A stretch of 43,406 bases of DNA from Saprolegnia diclina VS20. Its lineage: Eukaryota. The DNA lies in NCBI RefSeq assembly GCF_000281045.1, contig NW_008246129.1:143316-186721 (forward strand), written 5' to 3'. Below the pieces are notes generated by a model. That model had not been told where the DNA came from. It worked only from the letters and a program-made list of their open reading frames with translations, and ran no database searches. Shown here one piece after another: positions 11,033 through 20,255 of this stretch (positions are counted from its first letter, which is position 1; the number at the start of each line of letters is the position of its first letter). The position numbers and the translations under genes were made by a program.

Positions 11033-12417
11033 ATGGCGTCGTTTTGGCGGCAGTTGCCGCGACCCTTTTACTGCGTGGCGCCGATGGCCAACGTCACCGA
11101 TGTCGCCTTCCGCGCCGCCATCACAGAGCTCGGCAAGCCACACGTACGCGTCCACCGAGTCGTCTAGGTGACCATATTCATAATGTAGGTCATGTGGACG
11201 GAGTTTGTCAGCTGCGAAGCTCTCATGTCGTCGACAGCGCGCACGCGCGAGAAGATGTTGACAGCGCTCAAGTACGCACCAAGCGAGCGACCAATCGTCG
11301 CACAGCTGTTTGGCTCCAAGCCCGACCAGTTCCGCGAGGTATGTGTCCGTTCGTCGCTTGTTGTGGGCTCAGACCGTGCGCAGTGCGCCAAGATTGTTCG
11401 CGACTTGGGGTTTGACGGCATCGACATCAACATGGGCTGCCCCGAGAGGAACGTCAACAAGCAAGGCAGTGGCGCGGCCTTGATTGGCGATCCGGCCAAC
11501 GCCCAGGTACGACGGCAGTTGAAATTACCGAGTCCAACTTGCCCACAAGGCGATCGTGCGAGCGTGTCAAGAGAGCGGACTTCCGGTCTCGGTCAAGACG
11601 CGCATTGGTCTTGAAACCATCGATTACGACGACTGGATCAACTACATCTTGGACGTACGACTCGAGCTTGCTGTAGTTTGGAGGACGTCACGCGTGGTAG
11701 ACGGAGCCCGACGCCTTAACGGTCCATGGCCGAACGCGCAAGGAAATGTCGCTTGTGCCAGCACACTGGGACGTTATTGGCGACATTGTCCACTTGGTGC
11801 GGGACAAGCGACAGTCGGACGTCATCTTGATCGGCAATGTACGGTGTTTTTGGCTGCAATGCAAATTCTGGACAAGGAACGCTTTAGGGGGACGTCGCGT
11901 CGCTGGACGACGCCAACGAAAAGGTCGCGCTCTATGGTATTGACGGTGTTATGGTCGGACGCGCCCTCTTTGGTAACCCGTGGTTCTTTCAAGGTATCCG
12001 AAATCTTCATACAGACTCGGAAGTTGAGCGCACTGCAGGACCGACGTTGCTCACCGAGCGCGGCACCGAAGAGCGGCTACTGGGCATGATCCGCCACACG
12101 CAGATCTTTGAAGTACGTTCACTCTATTTTCATTTTGTTCAAGACGGCGGTTGTCTAGGAGCTCTTGCTGCAGCACGGCCACAACCAATTCCACCACGTC
12201 AAAAAGATGTACGGCAGCTACTTGGCAGGTATTCCGTACGCCAAGCAATTCAAGGAGCAGCTCAGTCGTGCAGCGACGCCGGCCGAGGTAAGCCGCGGTA
12301 GAGGAACAATATAATGTATCAAGCGTGCGGTAGGTCTATCCGCTCGTACACGATTTTATTCGGCAAGACAAGGCGAGATCGCAGCTTGCGGCGGCAAATG
12401 AGCCGCCAATGCACTAG
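11033..12417 (+). CDS. tRNA-dihydrouridine synthase (bacterial DusB/C-like), multi-exon
   Basis: VAPMANVTDVAFR, TEFVS, PIVAQLFG, GIDINMGCP (catalytic Cys), GSGAALI, PVSVKTRIG, TVHGRT, IGN|GDV, DGVMVGRALFGNPWFF. The last intron (12288-12333) is inferred. Confidence 0.9.
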
Positions 12418-13073
12418 CTGCAGCACGAGTTGGGATCCGTGGGCCGCGGGTCGCGCAAGTACGCATGCCACGTCATGACTTGCGCATCGGCAGCTGGTCG
12501 CACGGCCTAATAGACAAGTTGGATTGTCCGTGTCCGATTGCATTCTGTTGATTATGCCAAACCGAAGACGCTGCAAACTGCGCTTGGACCGCTCGCATTT
12601 CGTCTTCTGTTTCGCACAGAAGAGCCACAGGTGTATCGGGTGCAAGCATTGGTCGGCACGTCAAAGTGGGCTCTACGCCAGACGCTTCATGGGTAGTTCA
12701 ATGGTTCGTCGTGGAGGCTACCAGCAGGCAGAAGATCAAAGACGACTGCGAGGAAACCTTCGTCGCAACACTCGACTTCCATCTTGACAGCAGACAAAGC
12801 GTCGTCATCTGTGACGCCTTGCGCGTCAAACTCGTACAAGAGGTCGTAGCAGTCGACGTACGCGCCGACGTCCTTTTGCCAGGCCGTGATGCGGCCACCG
12901 GTCATCGTCGGCGACACTTTGGCCAAGGGCACGACAATGTAGCTGCGCTGCTGCAGCTTGTGGCAGGAGACTGCGAGGTCTACGAGACGCAACGTGTGAG
13001 CGTATCGAGCTAGATGACTTCGCGCACCGCTGTAGTCGTAGCGGGCAGCCCTCGCAGGAATTCGGCGAAGCAT
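12414..13073 (-). CDS. Stand-alone biotinyl/lipoyl-like domain protein, possibly mitochondrial
   Basis: VPLAKVSPTMTGGRITAWQKDVGAYVDCYDLLYE..MEVECCDEGFLAVV..PDTPVALL aligns with PDH-E2 lipoyl domains. Arg-rich N-terminus MLRRIPARAAR. Inferred last exon AVRPAADAQVMTWHAYLRDPRPTDPNSCCS*. Confidence 0.75.
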
Positions 13074-13268
13074 TTTCGAGACTGGATGCCATTGGTGGAT
13101 ATGGCTCGCTATTTTATCCAATCACATTAACCATCGAGAAATCCATCCTCTTGATGACCTCATTTTGCATCTTGCTACCAGTAGGAAGGAAGATGTACCC
13201 AAACACTACGGCTCTCACCTTTCTCTAGTGTAGTTCATATCACAATTGTCTCCTATACACTGGCGCTC

Positions 13269-13322
13269 GTAAAGTGAACGTAAAGGGTTCGTCGATGTAA
13301 AGGCTACAGCGCTGCCTTTACA
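13269..13322. promoter_or_regulatory. GTAAAG motif cluster (3 direct + 1 inverted) including a 9-bp inverted repeat
   Basis: GTAAAG at 13269, 13280 and 13297; CTTTAC at 13316; tgtaaaggc (13296-13304) pairs with gcctttaca (13314-13322). An INR-like CTCATTT follows at 13341. Confidence 0.4.
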
Positions 13323-13358
13323 AGAAAGAAAACTGAAAGACTCATTTACCGATTGACC

Positions 13359-13595
13359 ATGGAGAACCGCAGCATCACGAGCCCTTTTGGCCTGCCCGAC
13401 CTTCTCGTTGGCTCTCGGCGCATGCTCTTTTCGACCGCTCAGAGTACCACCGCACTGCCACCCACGAGTCGTCCAGCAACAAACCCTGTGCTCATGGACC
13501 TCTACAAGCGCCTTCAGATGCTTGCGGCTACCAGCAGCACCGGTGCACCGCCACTTGTATTTGACGATCTCGAAAGCTTCTACTACAATAGATAG
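13359..13595 (+). CDS. Small hypothetical protein, 78 aa
   Basis: Intact ORF with ACCATGG start context, an upstream oomycete INR-like CTCATTT and C/G-ending codons. No recognisable domain. Confidence 0.45.
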   Translation: MENRSITSPFGLPDLLVGSRRMLFSTAQSTTALPPTSRPATNPVLMDLYKRLQMLAATSSTGAPPLVFDDLESFYYNR

Positions 13596-13826
13596 AGAAT
13601 TGGTTGGATTTGATTTGTAAAACAGCCAACACAGAAAGGCCGATCGATCAGTGCATGTGCTGACAGCCCTATACTGTGCGGCGCGGAATGGCCAGGTGTG
13701 AAAAGACTTGACGACTAACTCAATCTCGGCATCTCTTGGTACCGCCTATGGCCAGCAACGCAGTGCTATTTTTCAAAAAATCAAGAGCTGCCATGCCGCG
13801 ACGCGTGAGCCGAGAACGATTTTTGC

Positions 13827-13831
13827 AAAAA
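13827..13831 (-). terminator. Pol III T5 terminator of tRNA 13836-13907
   Basis: AAAAA on + is TTTTT on -, 4 nt past the tRNA 3' end. Confidence 0.7.
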
Positions 13832-13835
13832 GTAT

Positions 13836-13907
13836 TGGTCCCACCGGGTTTCGATCCCGGGTTGCTGGATTTCAAGACCAGAGTGCTAACCCCTACACCA
13901 TAGGACC
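13836..13907 (-). tRNA. tRNA gene: Gln-type body with TGA (Ser) anticodon, short variable loop, ATCGAAA T-loop, A73
   Basis: GGTCCTA TG GTGT AGGGGTTA GCAC T CTGGT CT-TGA-AA TCCAG CAAC CCGGG ATCGAAA CCCGG TGGGACC A. 72-nt cloverleaf with a U31-U39 mismatch. Confidence 0.85.
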
Positions 13908-14193
13908 ACACATAACGAAATAGGTGCTGGAAGCTATAAAGCAATGCTGTCGGGGCCGTTCAGAATCAGGAGACCTCCAAAACGACATAGATACGTTATC
14001 GATTTTGACAGGTTATCCAACAGCTCGATGACGTGGCAGAACAGGAGCGCTGGACCGACGATATCGACCTAGCTCAGTGCTTGCATTTTCATTCTGCAAG
14101 CTCTGCGCACAGAGATGGTATTGAATACAGTTTAAAGTATCCATCAAATTTGCGCATGTTGCATTGAGATGCCCTGCCACAGCAATCGATCAT

Positions 14194-14197
14194 AAAA
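14194..14197 (-). terminator. Pol III T4 terminator of tRNA 14206-14277
   Basis: AAAA on +, 8 nt past the tRNA 3' end. Confidence 0.55.
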
Positions 14198-14205
14198 TGG
14201 AGTTG

Positions 14206-14277
14206 AGGTCCCACCAAGATTCGAACTCGGATTGCTCGATTAGGAGTCGAGAGTGCTGCCAATTACACCATGGGACC
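14206..14277 (-). tRNA. tRNA gene: Gln-type body with CCT (Arg, AGG) anticodon
   Basis: GGTCCCA TG GTGT AATTGGCA GCAC T CTCGA CT-CCT-AA TCGAG CAAT CCGAG TTCGAAT CTTGG TGGGACC T. All stems pair; intact A and B boxes. Confidence 0.92.
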
Positions 14278-14789
14278 TTTTCTACTACGGTGTGCAATAC
14301 GTGGACCGGGCGTCGTTGCAATACCACCGTTGGTATGGGACGGGTATCTCTGGCCGTACCTGCACAACTGAATAGACACGTTATGGATTCTTAGAGTCTC
14401 GTCCTGCTGATGGTGCACGACCAAACCGTCTATCGCAAGCACGGTTGGTCCAGTAGCTGTTTACAATGTGCGGTATCGTGAGCTATGGACGAGGTTGCAG
14501 TCGCTTGCTGTACGTTCAGTGACGTGGCAGTCTGCCATGACACGGAGTTGCGATCGTACAGTCAAGCTACAGTGCGTTGTGTATGGCTCTTCTGCGAGGC
14601 CTTTACTTGATCCAAAAGGCGTGTTTCTTGGCCATTGAGGGAATAGCTCGAGCGCGAATTGCTACATTAGAAGGCTGGTATGCTGGTCTTACCTCGAGAG
14701 GAACGCCCTGAAATTCATTGTGCAGTTTGGCGACGATCATGGCTACACTATATTGTATACTTGTTGTGCAAAACGGTCATTTCTAGATC

Positions 14790-14794
14790 AAAAA
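14790..14794 (-). terminator. Pol III T5 terminator of tRNA 14805-14876
   Basis: AAAAA on +, 10 nt past the tRNA 3' end. Confidence 0.65.
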
Positions 14795-14804
14795 GCATCC
14801 TCAT

Positions 14805-14876
14805 AGGTCCCACCGGGGTTCGAACCCGGATTGCTCGATTAGAAGTCGAGAGTGCTAGCCTTTACACCATAGGACC
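14805..14876 (-). tRNA. tRNA gene: Gln-type body with TCT (Arg, AGA) anticodon
   Basis: GGTCCTA TG GTGT AAAGGCTA GCAC T CTCGA CT-TCT-AA TCGAG CAAT CCGGG TTCGAAC CCCGG TGGGACC T. All stems pair; intact A and B boxes. Confidence 0.92.
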
Positions 14877-14984
14877 GTCCACAACAAAGGCATTCCTCCC
14901 CACAAACGGCGAGATTACCGCATTTGATTACCGTTCTTGCCGTTGGTATGGGGCGTGATGTGCAGTCAGCTACAATCAAACGCG

Positions 14985-15050
14985 AGGTCCCACCCCGGGG
15001 TTTGAACCCGGGCAGCCGAATCATAAGTCCAGAGAGCTGAACATGGGACC
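14985..15050 (-). pseudogene. tRNA pseudogene: Gln-type body, TAT (Ile) anticodon, D-arm deleted
   Basis: GGTCCCA TG TTCAGCTCT CTGGA CT-TAT-GA TTCGG CTGC CCGGG TTCAAAC CCCGG GG TGGGACC T. The 5' half of the D-arm (A box) is missing, there is a 2-nt insertion after the T-stem, and no T4 run follows. Confidence 0.75.
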
Positions 15051-15182
15051 CTTGTCCATTGTCTGCTCGACACGTTGTGTTCGAGAGGCTGCACTAGTAC
15101 ATCAGCTCCGTGCAACCACTACCAAGTCCATCTAAACCCTCCGAGGACGTGTTAAGTTTATCTGGCTTGAACCCAAGGATAT

Positions 15183-17435
15183 CTACGCCTCCTTGCTCTC
15201 GGCGTCGGTCACTGTCTTGGCGTGCAGATCGCGCACGTCGTAGAAATGATGCACGCGCCAGTTGACGTACGCCGCCGAATTCTTGCGGACGTGGAAAAAG
15301 TCGAGCGTGTTCTGGAGCCACCCGCGCGAGTAGACCGAGTGGTGGGTCTGGATGGCGCTTGGGTTGGGCTGGCGCTGGCTCAGAACGACCTCGTTTGTCG
15401 TCCACGAAAACACAATGCCGTACACGTTGAAGCCAAAGAGGTACCCGATCCAGAGCAGGTGCACGGATGCCAAAATGAACGCGGCCGTCACCACCGGGTA
15501 GTCGTGGAAGAGCACGAACGGCATGTCGCCATAGCTCAGCGCGCCAATCCCCGCGTCGCCAAAGTCTACCACGCGCCATGAGTGCCGCAGGATACTACAA
15601 GAAGCATCCTACAGGACGTGAGGAGGACGAGCTCAAACCCAATGGCGGCGACGGCGAAGAAGAGGAAGCCGAAAAAGTAGTTGTGGTTGTTGGCGCCGAC
15701 GGCGTTGGCGACGAACGGGCAGTAGTGATCGAAGCGAGCGACGCACATGTTGAGCTCTGCGTCGTGCTTGGACCGCAGCGGGCGCCGCTGGACGCACGTC
15801 GTGCAGAGCTTAATGTCGGAGCGCGACTTGAGGTCCACGAGCGACCGAATATTCTAGTGCACCGAGCATCCATATCAACAAAATATAGGGATGTGGTGGA
15901 TACCTGCAAGCGCTCTTCGTACGACGTCGGAATGAACCCCGGGTCCCGCTTCGCCGTCACATACAAGCAGATGGGGATGCCGAGCGCGAGGGTACTCTGA
16001 ACAACGGTCGTCCATGCCGAGACACGGGGGTAGAGCTCGACGGCAAAGACGAGGATGAGCCAAAACGTCGAGCCAATGTTGACGCCGAGCATGAGCGCAG
16101 CGTTCTTGCGCTTGCTCGGGTTGACGCTGAGACCCGCCACTTGGAAAAGACTGTACGCAACGGCGCCCGTGGCGATAAAGCCTGCTGCAATCATCCAAAA
16201 ACCATGCAGAGCGTGCAGGCACAACGCGCCGAGACCGAGGACGAGCCACGGCAGCCAGAACGCCGTCTGGGCCGGGTGCGCTTTGAGCACCTACATCGCG
16301 TACTTAGCCGCGACGATATCGAGCAAGAAACAGTACGCTGAGCGGAAAGGTCGTGTACGATGCTTCGTAGGACGTGACTTTGGTGAGGAACCCGAGGCAG
16401 GCGGCGGTCTTGCGGCCCTCCGAGCGCGCTTGGATCTCTCTCGCGACGCCCTGGGAGACATCGAGGGGCGTCTCGCCATCGTTGTTCCGCGCGTGCACGT
16501 CAGCGCCATGATCGAGAAGGAATTTGACGGCCTTGACAACGTCGCTGCGCGCAGCGTGATGGAGCCCTACCCACCGAGTATTTGCTACGGCGGAAAACCA
16601 AAATGCGCGGCCTACCTGTGTTGCCGTTGGCGTCCGCGGCGTGCACGGAGGCGCCGAGGCCGTACAGCATGCGCATCGTGTCGAGGTCAAAGGCGTAGCG
16701 ACAGAGCCACAACAGCGGCGTGTTTCGGTGTTCGTCTGGGAAAGAATAAGTGACATGTGGAGACCGAGGATCGTACCGAGGCTGCGGCTGTCGACGGGGC
16801 AGCCCATGGCAACGAGGTATGCCGAGAGGATGGTCAGTCCCGACTAATCAAGATATTGTGTGAGCGAAGAACGTAGAGAGAGTGTTTGTACCTGCACCGC
16901 GACAAAGAGCGTGTTCATGCCGTTGACGTCATGGATGTTGGGGTCGGCGCCGTGCTCGAGGAGCAGCGCGACGGCGTAAACGTGGTTACGGTGGGCTGCC
17001 CAATAGACTGGTGTCGACTGCAGCTCGCCGCCTTTGGCGTTAACGTCAATGTTAGGCTGCTCGAGCAAGTACCTAGCACATGTCCCATGAGCCGTCGCCA
17101 CGCTTCTCGCCTTGCGCACATCATGAGCAGAATGCGGTTGTTGAGCGCTGCCCAGTGCAAAAGCGTCGCGTTTGTGTCGTCGCGCATGTTGATGTCTACG
17201 GCGACTATCTACGCAGCAGGAGCAGGAGCATGAGCATGCAAGGCTGCTGGTGCGTGGCTGGTACCTCGCCGAGGAGGAATTTGAGCTCATCCAGGAGGCC
17301 GAACTGGGCGCATTGGAAGACCGTCGGGACGGTACAAGGGCGCTCGCATGTAGCGCAGGCCAGGCTCGTGTCGAAGGCCGTCGCGTCCGCGTCGTTGGCC
17401 CGCGTTGTCTTGCACTCGCCGCAGAAGACCCGCAT
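15183..17435 (-). CDS. Ankyrin-repeat DHHC-family palmitoyltransferase (Akr1/ZDHHC17-like), multi-exon
   Basis: Ankyrin repeats (TLLHWAALNN, STPVYWAAHRNH, GETPLDV), TM helices, and the Cys-rich domain LCTTCVQRRPLRSKHD...CVARFDHYCPFVANAVGANNHNYF plus the TTNE motif. Confidence 0.92.
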
Positions 17436-17515
17436 GCTGTCACTCGAAATCAAAAGTATCTAACCCTTTGTATGCAATAGACGAAGTCAATGGACCGAGC
17501 GCACAACGCGCGTTG

Positions 17516-17536
17516 ATTGGCTGATATACAGCCAAT
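17516..17536. promoter_or_regulatory. Inverted CCAAT-box pair in a divergent promoter
   Basis: ATTGGCTG-atata-CAGCCAAT, a perfect 8-bp inverted repeat between ATGs at 17435(-) and 17711(+). Confidence 0.55.
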
Positions 17537-17710
17537 GGCATCGCTACATTTGTTGACTGAGGGATCCGTGCAACAATCCATGGCAACAATCCCAGTCGTG
17601 TGAATGGCAGAGACGCCGTCGATATGAGGAGAGCGAGGATCACTGGTGCTCTCCTTCAGCGCTCTTCTCTCTTGCGTTCAATAGAGGTTACATTCTGTGT
17701 TGCAGTAGAA

Positions 17711-18781
17711 ATGGTGTTTGGATGCTGGATTCCAAAACAGCGCGCGAACTACATGTATAATATACATGCAGTTCGACACTCGTGGCAGCTACAGCTCGAA
17801 CTGACACAACCCGACGACGACGACATCGACGTTGATAGGCAAGACGTGAAGGGAGACCGTTGACGGGAACACGCACCGCGCCCCGTCTTCAAGCGAATCG
17901 TCAATTTCGTCCTTCAACGCCGCATTTTGGACCAACCCGTCACGGACGACAGCGTCGTGCGCTGCGCCGTTGGTGTGTCGACTGCCGACCATGAAGGCCC
18001 GGGACTTGCCGTCATTGTGTCCACCCGCACCGTTCACCGACATCTTCCCGCGGGTGCGCCGAGCTTGAAGGACATAAAGGTCATCTGCGTCGACGACCCG
18101 TTTCTTTATTCACTGCTGCGCTCCGCGCACAAGTACGGTACACGTATCTGCCTCGTCTCGATGCTCGTTCCCGTCGTCCAGGAAAAGATGAAGTTGGTCG
18201 GCGCGACTCGGCGCGTGCACGGCGCCACCCTCGGGCTGTACCTGGCCGACGCTCCGTTCCGCAAGAAGAGGCCCATTTACACCAAGAACGAAGAAGCGCC
18301 GACCACGACAGCGACGGGCAGCAAGGCGCCGGGCCCGAAGGCCAACACCACGGAAGGCAACGCGACGGCCAAGGAAGTCAACGCGACGGACGACGACTCG
18401 GGCCCGATTTGCGCTCTCGACATCGGCACCAAGGTCGATCTCCTCGTGGACCACGTGGTGCGCGCCGAAGTGACGCACACGGCGCAGTACAAGGCGCTCT
18501 TGGCCGGTATCAAGGCTCTCGAGGTCACGGTGTTCCTGCGCGACAAGGCGCACGAAGCCGACCTCAAGGCGCGTTTCTTGGAAGGTCCACTTTTTGTCAT
18601 GAAGGAGCGCGAGGCATCGCTCTTATTGCGGTCAATTCCTCGGCCATGGAGGAGGCAACGATTTGATCGATGCGCGCCATATCTTCGTGTCCGGAAGATT
18701 CGAGAAGCGGATACGGGTACACTGCCGCGACCGAGGTTTATCCGGATAGCCGCCAGAACAAAATATCGTGTGCAAGGATGA
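17711..18781 (+). CDS. Hypothetical protein, multi-exon; both ends uncertain
   Basis: Long ORF 17927-18781 with strong GC3 bias up to ~18600. Probable first exon at ATG 17711. No domain recognised. Confidence 0.55.
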
Positions 18782-20255
18782 TGATGCCATCGCCGCCCGT
18801 GGTCGTCGAGGACGACGTGGACATGACGGAGGAGACGACGACGATGGTTCCGGACGACGTCGACATGGAAGGCGCGTCCGTCGAGATCCAGACACTCCTC
18901 TTGCAGCTCAAGATGCAACTCGATCTGCGCGACAGCGACCCAGACAGCTTCCAGTTCGAGTACCTTGCACCCGACCACGTGCTCGTCAAGTGCTTCGTGC
19001 CACTGCCCGCCCACTCGTCCATGCTTCCGCTAATCCCGCTCGTCTTGTTGCGCATGCAGCTCATGGCGGACGGCACATTCGAGATTGAAATCCTGTCGGG
19101 CACCCACCTCTACGTGCCGCCGGAGCTCGTCCTGCGCCACGGTGACCGCTTCTTCCTCATGCTTCCGTCGCTGCAGTCGGGTGGCAGCCTCTGCCGTCGC
19201 TATGGCAATAATTTTGCGCGCATCACGCCCAAGCTCGTGAACGAACTCATCGACCAGATCCACACGGTACATACTACATCAACGCTTAGTCTTATCCGGC
19301 GGCGCGTAGCACGACCCCAAGCCGTCGCTTGCGCCCATCGACACTACAACAGCCGCTACGACGTCGACTGCACAGAAACGATCTGCGGCGACGACGCCCT
19401 GTGCGTCCCCGCAGCCGCCAACGCTCGTTCCTCTCGCCCACGTCCCCGGCACGATCTTCCAAGCGAACGAAATGCAAGGTGACCGCATCGTGCGCGCCCT
19501 TCTAGTCTCGATCACACACACGTCGGTCTGGCTTCTCGTGCCCCGCAACATTCCGCTCCGCCGGGTACGCATCTCATGTTATAGTTATGCCTGCAGCACT
19601 GTGTGTAGAACGAGCTCGAGCTGGGGCAGCTCACGGAGCGCATTCCGTTCAAGTCTCTCTCGCGCGTCTCGTACAAGCGCAACGAGTCGATTTCGCTCGA
19701 GTTCCAGCCGCACTTGAACCGACCACCGCAAACGATATACGCGCCGCAGAGCAGCCACATGGTCGGCCTCCTCCAAGAAAACATCGAGCGCTTCCGCGGC
19801 GACCGCGCCAAGCGCCCGCGCTACGAAGAAAAGAAGAAGGGCTTCGAGGGCGCGTTCAGCAGCTTTCTCTCCAACGTCGAGAAGAGCGCGCAAAAGGTCG
19901 TGGGCCAGATCAACCAAGTCGGCAAGATGCTTCTCGGCGAAGACACACAGGGGCCGTCCCTCAACGTCATCTCGCAGATGGAAGCCGATTTCTTTCGCCA
20001 CCCAGCATTGCCTCGTGTAATGCCATGCATTTACATCGCACGCGTTGGCAGCTCACGCGGATATCTTAGGTCTACGCGGTCACCGAGTCGTACCACCACG
20101 TCGCCCAGCAAGTCGACGTTGGCGACGACGGCGTCAACGACAAAGCCGGTATAATGCGTCTTGACTCTTGTCGATCCCTCGCTTATGCGGCTTGTGTAGA
20201 GCTCTATATGCTTATGTTTCTACGACAACCGCAAGTCCAGACACTGCTAGGATAG
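18778..20255 (+). CDS. Hypothetical protein, multi-exon
   Basis: ATG 18778 (MMMPSPPVV), with GC3-rich exons joined by short GT-AG introns (~19267, ~19564, ~20016, ~20149). Inferred end ...FLRQPQVQTLLG*. Confidence 0.65.

Noticed and set aside
11447..11449. Genome-wide reassignment of AGR codons to Gln
   Set aside because: The AGG in Dus GCPE-R-NV sits at a position often basic in homologues, and too few AGR codons lie at conserved sites here to support reassignment.
13836..13907. Reading the TGA in the anticodon loop as an opal suppressor or Sec tRNA
   Set aside because: Anticodon UGA pairs with codon UCA. An opal suppressor needs anticodon UCA, and the Sec long arm is absent.
17861..17863. 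In-frame TGA between ORF 17600..17863 and ORF 17927..18781 (selenocysteine or readthrough?)
   Set aside because: A frame-preserving 48-nt GT-AG intron (17846-17893) of typical size removes it. No redox motif or SECIS was recognised.
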